Assembly (NCBI GenBank): GCA_013239625.1
Contig: MU054338.1
Location: 3,495,371-3,559,370, forward strand
Direction: 5' to 3'
Length of the DNA: 64,000 nucleotides
Origin: Lama guanicoe
Taxonomy: Eukaryota
Shown: in pieces, positions 46,971 through 58,535 of the stretch
How positions within the stretch are numbered: position 1 is the stretch's first letter
Layout: each line of letters begins with the position of its first letter
The notes under the pieces: generated by a model
What the model was told of the DNA's origin: nothing
What the model saw: the letters and a program-made list of their open reading frames with translations, nothing else
The model's database searches: none
Made by a program: the position numbers and the translations under genes

Positions 46971-49840
46971 GTTTTTTGTTTTTTGTTTTTTTTGAATAAT
47001 TAAATGCTTAAGGGCAGTCCCAAACCATTGAATGAGCACCTCCTATCACCAGACCCTGGAAGATTTGTCCAGGAGAAAAAGAAAACACAGAGTCAGGCAG
47101 GTGACCCACGAAGAGACTACTCCCGTAACCAGTGCAGACCAGACTTCCCGACCTCGGCCCAACACGTGGCCACGGAAAAGGGGACACCTCCCCTCCCAGG
47201 TCTCCCTGAGGGCTGCAGCGTGCCTTCTCTCCCATGAACTCGGACCACACTCTCGTCCTCTGCTCCCCCTCCCGCACTTGGAGTTTCTGACTTGGAGGAT
47301 GCTTCCCTTTTGAGAATGTTCGCGGAAGACTTTCACACTCCGGGCCAGCAGCACGTGAGCCCGGGAAGAAAATGTAAAGGTCAATGTCTATAATTGAATT
47401 TTCCCCGAGATAAAAATAGCATCTTTGTAATCGTTTAAACGGTTCTGAGGGAAGGAAGGAGAGAGTGAGAGAGATGTCTGCAGCTGAAAAATTACAGGCT
47501 CCAGTCCCAAGCCCACCTGAGCACCAGCCGCCCCTAGCTGAGTGACCTTCTTCCCTTGTAACCAGTGTGTGCATGTGTGTGCGCGTGCGCACGTGCACGC
47601 CACCACAGGAAGCTCCAACCGACTGATGCTGACTGTGTGCTAAACCAGGGTCAGGACCGTGGCCTGGAGAAGGGGGCTGGGCTGGGCTCAGGGGTGTGAC
47701 CTGAATGAAGGGACAGCACATGGAGGACCTTGGCGGGTGACATGAGAAGGGGTAAGGGGGGGTCTGTGCCCTCTGCTCTGGGCCTCAGTTTCCCTTCCCT
47801 ACACGTGGGTGTGGGATTCTATTCTCTCTGCCCTCCTAGTGCGAACATCCCATCCACTGTTGAATTTGGGTCCCCCATTGTGCCCCCTGTTCTCAAATTC
47901 CACCCCCCAACTCCATCCTGTATGTGGCCTGGGGGAGGGAGAGAGGAGGGAGAGGTACATCCATGTGCCACCTCCCTATTACATTTCCTCCCTATTAATT
48001 TTCGATGCAGAAAGATTTGTTATCTCCTCTGTCTCTCTGCAAAATTGACACTGTGTCAAAGAAGCTTCCTTCAGGCTAGGGGGGTGGGTGGGTGGTCATG
48101 AGCCTCTCAGCTGGATCCTCTCCCTCTGCTCCCCTCTCCAGACCACAGTTTCTTCACTTGGGCAAGTCACTTCCCTAGACCAAGCCTCAGCTTCCTCACC
48201 TGGACTGATTATTTCACACCCATGTCACGTGCACACAAAGAAAGTACTGCAACGTCAGCATGGTGGGCTCAAAGTAAAACAAGTCTTGATATAGTGCTCA
48301 TGAACTAAACCAACACGTACTTACCAAGCCCCTACTGTGTGCCAGGCTGTTCTACGCATCAGAGACAACGCAGAGAAACAGACACCACAGTAGGGGAAAA
48401 AAAAGAAAACAACGTGCCCTCACTTTGTCAATTAACTGAACTGAATTTGTAATAAGGGCAAAAGCAAAGCAGGTGTAGACAGAACGGGTAGCCACGTGCA
48501 CAGAAAAAAAGACTGAAAGGAAACACATCAAAATATGGTGACAATGATTATCTCAGGGGCTGGGGTGTCTGAGAACTGGGAATCCCCATCAGAAAGACAC
48601 ACCCCAGACCTCGCAATCAGTATGTGAATTCCACCTCAATAAAAATTAAGTCAACAAAGGCAAAGAGAGAGTCGCCCTGGAGGCTTAAGGTGATGGTGAA
48701 ACGGACAGATGAACATCTCAGACTAGGATCTTCATGGGAGGACATCCCGGACGCATCTGAGAAGCCGGAATCAACGGGGGAACACTGTGTTCTAAGGACA
48801 AAAAGCAAATAGGGTCGTCTCATCCGGTGAGTCACCTGCAGGAAGGGCTTCATCAAGCAGTATTTTGCATCAAGAACCTCCGTCATCCCACTTTGCTAAA
48901 AGGACATGTCCATTTCCTCCCTCTTTTTTTTTTGTATGTACATTTGAAAATTTACTTGATACAAAGAGTTTATATCAATATTTCCAGTAAAGTTGTTTAA
49001 AATTAGAAAAAGAGAAGGAAGGAAGGAAAGAGAGAGAAAAAGAGGGAGGAAGGAAGGAGGAAAGACTTAGTAACATATCTGACCTCTGATTAGTCATTCC
49101 AGGATATTTTCTCAAGAAAATAACTGGAGATGAGAATATACATGTGAGTTACAAGGGTGTTATTTCCTGGTCTATCATGGCAACACGTCAGATACAACCT
49201 AAATGCTTAACAATAGAGGATGCATTTGAAGAGACAATATGTTGCCGTTAAATAAGTTACAGTGTGTATAATCGCATAGAAAAAAGACTGAAAGGAAGCC
49301 GACTTAAAAGCGGGCACGCTGGGGCGAGATGACAGCCAAGTCTCATTCTCTTTAGTGTGTTGGAATTTTCTAAACTTTCTGCAGCCAGTGGTATTCCCTC
49401 TGTGGTCAGAGCTGGGATAAACGACATCAATACATTCTTGTTCTTAAAGAAAGAAGAGGGAGGACAAATGAAAACTCGGGTAAAGTGGGAGGTGGGCTGG
49501 GGGCATGACTCTGACTCCATTACCTACAAGAAATGACCTTGGTTTTCTTGCCTGTGGAATGGAGACAGTAAGACCTACATGATCACAGGGGCTTAGGGTG
49601 AGGATTTGGCAAGTCCAGCCATGTAGGGCATTACAGACCCTCACAAGAAGTTGACACCTCTTGCCTGGGGACCACCCCAGCCTCCTCTGGCCTCCTGCCC
49701 TCCGTCTCTGTCCCTGGCAGCCCAAGAGAGTTTTTGAAGGAAGTCACAGATGAAATCTCTTCCCTCCCCTGCTGAGACTCTCCTCTATTCCAGGAAGCAG
49801 ATATTGTATCATCAATTCCATTTGGCAAAAGAGGAAACTG

Positions 49841-49948
49841 GGGAGGGGGGATGTGTATAGCTCAGTGGTAGAGCACATGCACAAGGTCCTAGGTTCAATC
49901 CTCAGTGCCTCCACTGAAAAAAAAAAAAAAAGGAAAAGGGGAAAAAAA
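49841..49948 (+). mobile_element. tRNA-derived SINE (camelid vic-1-like) with A-rich tail and 14-bp TSD
   Basis: GGGAGGG...TATAGCTCAGTGGTAGAG (A box)...GGTTCAATCC (B box)...CCTCCA plus poly(A); TSD AAAAGAGGAAACTG at 49827-49840 and 49949-49962. Confidence 0.85.
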
Positions 49949-50049
49949 AAAAGAGGAAACTGAGGTATAGGAATCTCTGGTCCCAAAGTCACCTAGTTTT
50001 TGAAGAGCAGATTCAGGACTTGAACCCAGGATGATCTAGCTCTCAAAAC

Positions 50050-50567
50050 TATGTGCCTAGACCTTGCACCCTCTGTATGCTCCTCTCCTTCCTCTCTCCC
50101 CTTCACTCACTCTGCTCCAGCCACACAGGCCTCCTTGCTGTTTCTCCAATACACCAGACACAATCCTGCCTCAGGGCCTTTGCACTGGCTGTTCCCTCCA
50201 GCTGGAATGCTTCCCCAACCACCGCAGAGACCTACCTGGGTTTCTTCCTCTCCTCTCTAAATCTTTGCTCAAATGTCACCTCCTCAGAGGAGCCCTCCCT
50301 GAATATTCCACCTAAAGGAGCCACATCCCCATCACTCTCTCCTCTCTCAGCTTCATTCTCCTCCACAGCCCTTTTAAAACCATTCACTATTTTCGACATT
50401 GATTACGGCCCTTATTCCCAACAGATGGTCAGCATCTTGACAGGGAATTTGTCCATCTTACTGCTGTCAATTGCAAAGCCTAGAACAGAACTTAACAGAG
50501 TAGGTGTTTCATAAATAATTGGATGAATGAATGAGTGAGTGAGTGAATGAATGAATGAATGAATGAA
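50050..50567 (+). mobile_element. L2 3' fragment with expanded (GAAT/GAGT)n tail
   Basis: CTCACTCTGCTCCAGCCACACAGGCCTCC...CCTCAGGGCCTTTGCAC...GCTCAAATGTCACCTCCTCAGAG...GAATGAATGAATGAA. Confidence 0.85.
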
Positions 50568-51544
50568 TTCTGGGAGGGAGTAGGCCACTGATGCACATTC
50601 ACAGATATGGACAGTGATTTAGGGAGGGGGCATCACCCATCCCAGGTTCCGTGACAGTAGGTGGAAACACTGGAACTCAAGGCCCTCTGGCTGATCTTTC
50701 AGCTTTTCTTTCCTAACACTCCAGGTCTGAGGGGGCCTGGGGGCACTGCTGAGCTGCTGTCGGCAACCTGACTGCGGCCTCCCCGCAACCATTCCACTAG
50801 AGGCTGCTCCGTGGGGCATGCCTCTGGATTTAGCTGAAACACATTGTGACACTATGGTGGTATCCGGGGGGAGAGGGGGAGTCGGCGGCCCCACCAGGGG
50901 CTCAGAGCTCCCAACACAGACACGCACACGCCAGCTTCTCTCCGGTCCCCCTCCCTCTCACCCCCGGGCTGAGCGGACCTTGCTGGCAGGCAGCGCGTGG
51001 GGCACACGCTGCGCTGTGCGCCTGTGGGTGTCGATGGCCAAGTCTCCGGGGCCCATTCCTTCTACCAAGAGAAGGAGGGGGGGAAGTTACGGTGGTCAAG
51101 GGAATGGAAAATCGAAGCAGAATGAGATTCCACCTTGCACTGATCAGATTGGGAAAGAACTGGCGAAAATGGGATGAAATCAAGTATTGTTGGGGGTTAG
51201 GGGAACAGGGCTCACGTGGGGCTGCAGCACAGCCCGATGGCATCAAGCAAAACTCCAGCCCTCGGCCGTTAACCCAGAGAAGCACCTGCACGTGGGAGCA
51301 AAGCCTCCGGTTTGAGGATATGCCCTGCGGAGTTGGTGGTATGTGTCCAATAGGCGGGAATGTGGTAGATAAACCATGGAACATGCATCCTGTGGGAACA
51401 CCCACAGCCATTAAAAAAACAGGAGTCTGGTCCACGTGTCCTGACCTGGGGAGGTCTCTGAGATGAAGGTCATTTGGTCCTAAGAGTGGGATACTGTCTG
51501 CCCTGGGAATACTGATTCACCAAGGAAGTGCTAAGAAGCTGATG

Positions 51545-51730
51545 GGCGCTGTGCAAGCCACATTGTGTGAATTATTTCATTAGATGCTCCCATTTTACAA
51601 GTGGGCAAACAGAGGCACAGAGGGTTTAAGCAAATGACCCAACGTCACACAGCCAGTGCACAGCACATCTAGGAATCAAACCCAAGTTCCTTAATTAAAT
51701 TTAATTAAACCCAACCTTTGTGTTCTTACC
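51545..51730 (-). mobile_element. MIR SINE
   Basis: CCCATTTTACAAGTGGGCAAACAGAGGCACAGAGG...GTCACACAGCCAGT. Confidence 0.7.
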
Positions 51731-51747
51731 TTCTCCGCCCCTGTTGG

Positions 51748-52155
51748 CTCATTTATTCATTCAACAAACATTGATGATCATTGTATGCCTGGCCCCGTGT
51801 TAGACCCTGGAGACCCAACAGAGAACAGAAGAGACAGTGTTTCCCACCTTTCTGGAGCTATAGGAAGCTGGAGAGAGACAGGGACTATGTAAGCAAACAA
51901 ACAAACCAAAATGATCATCTCAAATAGTGATGTAATAGTCAGAATTGAAACAGGGTGATGTGGAAAAAAGTGATGGTACAGGGGGTGCAACTCCAGCTGG
52001 GACGATCAGGGAGGGCCCCTCTGAGGGGGAAGCTGAGGCCTGAATGATGAGAAGGAGACAGCCACGAGGGCATGTGGAGGAAGGATGTCCCAAACAGAGG
52101 TCATAGCCTGTGCAAAGGTCCTGGGGCCGGACTGGGCCTGGCATGTTGGAGGAGC
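51748..52155 (-). mobile_element. L2 3' fragment
   Basis: CATTTATTCATTCAACAAACATT...TGTGCAAAGGTCCTGGGG. Confidence 0.8.
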
Positions 52156-52509
52156 TTCATCTGCCACCACCTTGAGTGGCTTATCCTCAGGGCTGTAGCA
52201 CATTCCTCCCCATTACCACCCACCTTAGGGAAAACCCATGACCAGCCACAGTTGCCAAACCCTCCCAGCAAACAGTGTCCTTTGGGGCCCAGAGACACCC
52301 AGCATCCTCCCCGAGTCACGCAGCAAGCCAGAAGCAAGCCCAGACCTCCGGCCCCCAGCGCCACCTCTCTGCAGGCTCAGCTGTGCCCTGCTTGGTTCAG
52401 CTGCTACTATGACATCTAAATGGCTCCTTTCAGCCGTCTTGTGTGTGTCGGCCACTGGGCGCAAAAAGCAGTTTGATCTCTTTAGATTTTTTTTTTTCAA
52501 GCTGTGCTA

Positions 52510-52601
52510 TAGGGTGACCAACTCGTCCTGGTTTGCCCAGAATGTCCCTGGTTTTAGTGTTGAAAGTCCCACATCGCAAACCAGGCAGGTTGATCATCTT
52601 A
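52510..52601. mobile_element. MER81-like hAT-Blackjack MITE
   Basis: TAGGGTGACCAACTCGTCCTGGTTTGCCC...GTTGATCATCTTA; imperfect TIRs. Confidence 0.7.
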
Positions 52602-53295
52602 CATCACAGGAAAATTGTGTGAAATAGATAAACACTGTTGGTGGGTGGGACGGGGGTTCCCCAACTGGGGGTGAAAACAGTTCCTGTCTCATAAGGTTCT
52701 GTGAGGAGCAATCTTAGCAGTAAGTGTCCTGGTTTTGTTTGGGGCTGTGTTGTAAGGGTTTTGTCCAGTAGTAACAGTTGGACCTCACACTTGGATCTAA
52801 GCAAAAGGAATTGCAAAGGGGAAAAGAGAAACACACTTTTTTATACCTGAAAAAAAAAGTGTCCTGGTACACAGCAAGCACTCAATAAATTCTGGCTCTT
52901 ACAGGGTGGGTGAAGGACCCAAAAACGATACTAAAGCAAAAGTGACCTTGGATATTTCTGCCCAGGATGGGCAAAGGAAGCTGACAGCAAGCCCCATCAG
53001 GTCTTCCGGATGTAACATGAAGCTCCTCATTGCTCTACAACCTTCTATGGCTCCCACCACTCTCTGGAGTCAATTCAACCAACTCCCCTCCAGACCATGA
53101 TGCCCCGTGTGACTTAGTTCCCCCACGCTCGAATCATCCTCAGCATCCACTCATGTTCCCACCTCCAGACCTTTGAATGCAGTTTTCTCTGTCCAAAATA
53201 CCCTTCTCTGCTCACCTGGAGAACTCCCACTTAGGGCCCAGTTCCTGGCAGCCTTTACCTTTCAGGATCCCCTCCCAGCATTGGACAACTCTGGC

Positions 53296-53480
53296 GAGAG
53301 TCAGCTGACTATGACCCGGGGGCCAAATTGGGCCCCCTGCTTATTTTATAATAAAGTTTTATTGAGACACAGCCATGTCTGTTCACTTACTTGCCATCTG
53401 TGGCTGCTTTGCTGCTACAACAGCAGGGTTGAGTAGTGGCAACAGAGAGAGTATAGCCTGCAAAGTAAAAAATATTTACA
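53296..53480 (+). mobile_element. MER58A-like MITE (partial)
   Basis: GGGCCAAAT...AATAAAGTTTTATTGAGACACAGCCATG...TGTGGCTGCTTTGCTGCTACAACAGCAGGGTTGAGTAGT. Confidence 0.8.
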
Positions 53481-53764
53481 ACTCAGGTGGACACAAAATA
53501 TGGCTGCTTTATTTTCCATAATTCAGCTTAATTTCAGATTCCGAAAACCCCCCGTCCTTCTAGTATCAATTTCTCTTGGGGGACCACTTGCTGATGCCAT
53601 GCTCCTCTCTGGGGTCTTCTCTAGGGCCAGGGAGGGGCATGCCCAATTAGGTCCTTAGCCGTTCATCAGCCCACACAGTGATCTCACTGTCTTCCCAGCC
53701 TCCCTGGGCTCAGAGTGAGAAATCAGATTATACACCAAAAACCAGAAACCAAATGAAGAACAAG

Positions 53765-54178
53765 TGACAAAACAGCATGGCAGTCACTCAAAAATTAAAT
53801 GTGGAATAATCATTTGATTTAGCAATTCCACCTGTGAGTATGTTCAAAAAGGATCTGAAAGCAGGGACTCAAAGAGCTGCTCGCACACCTGTGTTCATAG
53901 CAGCATGATTCATAGGAGCCAAGAGGTGGAAACTCACCAAGCATCCAGTGACAGATGATGGATAAACAGACTGTGGTCCATCCATACAATGGAATGTTAT
54001 TCAGCCATAAAAAGGAAGGCAATTCTGACACACGACACTCAGTGAAATAAGCCAGACACAAAAGGACGAATATTGTGTGATTCCACTCACAGGAGGTCCC
54101 TTGAGGAGTTAAGTCCATAGAGACAGAAAAGATGGCGGGGGCCAGGGGCTGGGGGAGGGGCTTGGGGAGCCAGCGTTA
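53765..54178 (+). mobile_element. L1MB-type fragment
   Basis: CTCAAAAAATTAAA...AGCAATTCCAC...CTGAAAGCAGGGACTCAA...GTGAAATAAGCCAGACACAAAAGGAC. Confidence 0.9.
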
Positions 54179-54274
54179 GAGTAACAGTCCCTCCCTGCCC
54201 TCATCTCCCGTTCCCTCTCTGTCCTTTCCCCACTGGCCACCTAGCCACCTCGTGTTTATTATTATTATTAAAAC

Positions 54275-54816
54275 TCATTTATTTATCTTATTGTGGTAAA
54301 ATATACATAACATAAAATTTACCATTTTAACCATTTTTAAGACCACAGCTCAGTGGCATTAAGTATATTCACATCTTTGTGCAACCACCCCCACCCTCCA
54401 TCTCCAGAACTTCCTCATCTTCCCAAACTGAAACTCTGTCCCCATGAAACACCAACCCCTCATCCCCTCCCCCAGGCCCTGGCCCCCACCATCTGCTTCC
54501 TGTCTCTATGGATTTGACTCCTCTAGGGACCTCCTATGAGTGGTATCATACAGTATTTATCCTGTTGTGTCTGGCTTATTTGACAGAGCATCCTGCCCTA
54601 GGGTTCATCCATGGTGTAGCGTGTGTCAGAATTTCCTTCCTTTTTAAGGTTGAATAATATTCCACTGTATGGATGGACCACAATTTGTTTATCCATCATC
54701 TGTCACTGGACACTTCAGGTGTTCTTACCTTTTGGCTACTATGAATGGTGCTGCTATGAACACAGGTGTGCAAGGGTCTGTTTGAGTCCCTGCCTTCAGT
54801 TATCTGGGGTATAGAT
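54275..54816 (-). mobile_element. L1MB-type 3' fragment, inverted relative to its neighbour
   Basis: TATTGTGGTAAAATATACATAACATAAAATTTACCATTTTAACC...CCAAACTGAAACTCTGTCCC...TGAGTCCCTGC. Confidence 0.9.
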
Positions 54817-56289
54817 CCTTACTGTTCTTCCAACAGACCAGGAATGATTCTGCCTCAGGAACTTTGTACTGGCTGTGCCCTCTATCTAGAATGCCATCTC
54901 CCAGATCTTTCCATAGCTGGCTCCTTCTCATCTAACCCTGGCAGCCTCAGGCTGACCTATCCAATGCTCTCCATCAGGACAGTGGACACTGGCCACCAAG
55001 AGAAACCTCCACTCTTCTCCACACTGAGACATCTCGCTGTAGTCTGAGCAGAACGACTCCTATTTCACCAAGCCCCTCTGTGCATGTCTGCATCCTACTT
55101 ATCCCTGCCTTGGAGCCCAGACATAGTCATGGGGGGGTAATGAGAGACATTTCAGGGTGGGCGACAGTAACAAAAACAATGATTACGCTGATGTTAATAA
55201 CAATTATAAAACAGCTGCCGTGTATCCCATTCCCACCGTGTGCCGGGGCGGGTGGCTAAGAGCTTGGTGAGTGACATTTCGTTGAATCTGGAAAGATGGA
55301 GATGATAACTGCACTCATTTTACAGATGAGGAAACCGAGGCTCAGTCGTGGGAAAGCACCTGCCCAAACTGGCATTACCAAGAGTCTGCTCCATAGCTCC
55401 CAGCTCCATGGTCCCCAGGGAACACAATTCAGGGCAGAGCCACATGGGGTGGGGCTGGAACAAGGTGACAGTATCCTTCTGTCTTCCTCTGTATTGTTTG
55501 CAGTGAGTTACTCGCACTTTGTTAGGTCTCCCAGCTTCTTTGTCCATCACTGACTTTCTCTTCGTCGTGCACACTGTCCCATTCTCGCATTGTTGGGGCT
55601 GAGTGGTATCTTGCACCATTCGGGACTCGGCAATGAGCATCTCCTAGCAGGATGCCTTGCTACCATTTGCAGTGATGATGCTCTTATGTGATGTCATCCA
55701 CACGGGCTTGGTTAACCCGCTGGGGCAGGCACCACGGGCATCCTCATTTTACAGATGAGAAGAATGAGGCCTAGTGAGAGGATGTCTCTTGCTCGAGGTC
55801 CTGCAGGAAGATTCGAGTCTGGGAGGCCAGGCTCCAGTCCCCAGGGCTGCGCTACCTGGCTCTGTGCCTGGCTGCGTGGTGGCATTTTGCTTTATTATTT
55901 CCCAGGCGCCCTGTTAATCGTCCGAACCAAGCGATTAGCACATCTTTTATATACGGCCCGATGTCTAATCGTCCAGACGCTAGAACTGGTGACTCAAAAC
56001 CTCCCTCCCTAATTGTCTTTGCTGCACAATTAGTACCTCGTTATGTATGGTTCTGTGGTTGCCTGCACCTCTGCAGTCTCCCGGCCTTACTTCTAACCGT
56101 CCGGACTCTATAATTAATGCCTTGTACTAGGGTGTCCTCTCTGCTCTATGTAGTTAGAGCCATGCTTGTTCCTGGGGTGAGGGCTGGCAGTGCCCAGAAG
56201 AGGAAAACGCAGCGCGTACCTACAGGGAGGTCATTGTCTAGTTGGGAAAACAACAAGCAAATTCAAGATTTGCATTATGCTCCAGGGAG

Positions 56290-57050
56290 CCACAAATCCC
56301 AGTTGCGGAGTAGGGTACAGATCAAGGATGCCTTCTCCTGGAGGAGGGGCAATGGAGGCTGGGTCGTGCAGGATGCATCGGCACTTGTTGGGTGGAAGGG
56401 AATTCTGAGAAGAGGGAACAGCACATGCAAAGCTTTGGATTTTGGAAAGAGCTGGAGATTTGGATGGGGGGGTAAGAATTAGTGAGAGTCTGGCTGGAGT
56501 GTGGAATTATGGCAGCATTTTTTTTTCTCCTCTGGGGATCCACAAGAGGGTTTGAGTAGGAGAGAGATTTAATCAGGTTAAATTTTTTAAAAATAATTAC
56601 TCTAGTTGCTGTAGAGTGAGTAAATTGGAGGGGGAGAGAATGGGGACCATTAGACCAGGAAGAAGGTGATTTCTGTTCTCCAGAGATAAGACTTAGGTGG
56701 ATTGAGTGGATCAGAGGCTGTGAGGATGGAAGGAGGTGGATGGATAAGAGAGAGACTTGGGGAAGAATAGGCAGGATGTGGAAACTGACAGGTGATGGGT
56801 GAGGATGTGGGAGGAGGGGCAGCAGATGCCCAGGTCTTTGGGGACAAGGTGTGTTGATAGGGTCATTCCCACGAAGAGGACATGTAGGTTTTTCATGCAG
56901 ATTCTAAGCTCCATTTGAGTCCTGCCTGAGGGGGGACATGCTGGCTACCTTGATTTGGAGCACATAAAGCTGGTCAGGGTTTGGGATCAGACTTGGCAGG
57001 AATCTCCAAAGCTGCAGGAGTGTCTGAGTTCAGCAGGAGGGAGAGTGGAG
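56290..57050 (-). mobile_element. Degenerate L2 fragment
   Basis: GGGAACAGCACATGCAAAG...GGCTGGAGTG...TTAATCAGGTTAAATTTTT...GATGCCCAGGTCTTTGG. Confidence 0.55.
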
Positions 57051-57999
57051 ACCTGCAGTCAAAAAACCAGTGATTTTGGGGGTGGGAGTGTTTGTTATGT
57101 GGCACGAACACAGTGATAGCTGACTACTACAAGTCTCCCTAAATAGACTATGAGCCCTCTGAGGTCAGGCCCCTTTTGATTGACAGGGGAACATAGCCCA
57201 CGTGGAGCAGCTCCAACTCCACATCTCAGAAATCCCCAACTAGACAGGAATCCAGCCTCCTGCAGCTGCTCCCTGAATTAAGAAACTCAAGGGGTTCCAA
57301 TAGGTTCTGTGGTAAATTACCCATGAAAGTATCAGGGAAAACCTAGCTCGGGGGGAGAAGACGATGAGCAATGATATATCTACAGGAATGGGAAAAAAAA
57401 GATTTGGGAGCTCAGTGGCGGAATGTTCTATAAGAACCTTTTAAAAGCAAACACAGGAGACATGAACAGTTTTTTAAATGACAGACAATACAATGGAAGA
57501 TAATATATTTAAAACCCATATCAACTGTTAACAGACCATAAAAATACAGCTACATTAATCTGAGCTGTCTGTCACGGGCCCTCCGAGCAGCTGTGTGGTT
57601 TTATAGCTTTCGCTCCTGGAGGTTTCCTTGACACTTTCACAAATACATCTCAATTTATTTGGATAAGGACAATAGAAATATTGTGCTCTTTTTTCTTTCC
57701 TTCTTCTCCTCTTCTTCCTCTTCTGCCTCCCTGAACAGCTGGGAGATCTGGCAGAGATAGCCACGTAGAACTTTTTAAAATTAAAAAAAATTTATTTTTG
57801 GTGTGGAGAAAAGTTTCTCTTGGGTTCTGGGACCCCCAAAAATCAGGGTTGCGGGGAAAGGCCAGGTTGGTGTCTTTTATCATTGTGTGTCTGCAGGCAA
57901 ATGTCTCACCCTCTCTGAGGTCTGTTGGAAAAGACCCTGCACACACTTGCTCCTCCTCTTGGGTTCTGTCTGCGCAGAAAGTACTCCCCATACGAGGCT

Positions 58000-58535
58000 C
58001 AAATCCACACTCTTGTAGGACTGTCCACATCCCACTACTATGGCCGCTGCTCACCTCCTGGCCCTCACCTCTTCCCTCTCCCCATCATTTACTCAGTTCC
58101 AACCACAAGAGCCTTCTCACTGTTCTGCCTGCCTGCCGGGCATGATTCTGCCTCAGGGCCTTTGCACTTGCTGTTCCCTCTGTCTGGAAGGACCTCTCCT
58201 CATTCTTCCCACAACTTGCTCTTTTTCCTGTTTTGCTTAATGCCACCTCTTCCTTAATGCCCTCCCTGACTACCTTCAGCTAAAGAAATTCCCCTGGTCC
58301 TTCCTTTCACATCACATCATGTTGTTTCCTTCCCAGCACACACATGCTTTGGAAATACTTTATTTGCCCATTCATTAGTTGATTGCCTGTCATTCACACA
58401 AGATGGAGCTCCATGAGGTCAGGGTTTTATTTGTTTTTGGTCCATTTTCATCACTGATCTCTTCCTGATGCCTGGAATAATGCTTGGTACACAATAGGAG
58501 CTCAATGTATGCTTGTTGGTGGAATGAGTGAAAGG
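58000..58535 (+). mobile_element. L2 3' fragment
   Basis: CTGCCTCAGGGCCTTTGCACTTGCTGTTCCCTCTG...GAGCTCCATGAGG...GCTCAATGTATGCTTGTTGG. Confidence 0.8.

Noticed and set aside
49841..49916. tRNA gene
   Set aside because: A and B boxes are present, but the anticodon region is shortened and it has a poly(A) tail and TSD, so it is a SINE.
51735..51747. CTCF site (CCAACAGGGGCGG on the minus strand)
   Set aside because: One G short of the core spacing; other candidates (~14100, ~52357) were also weak by eye.
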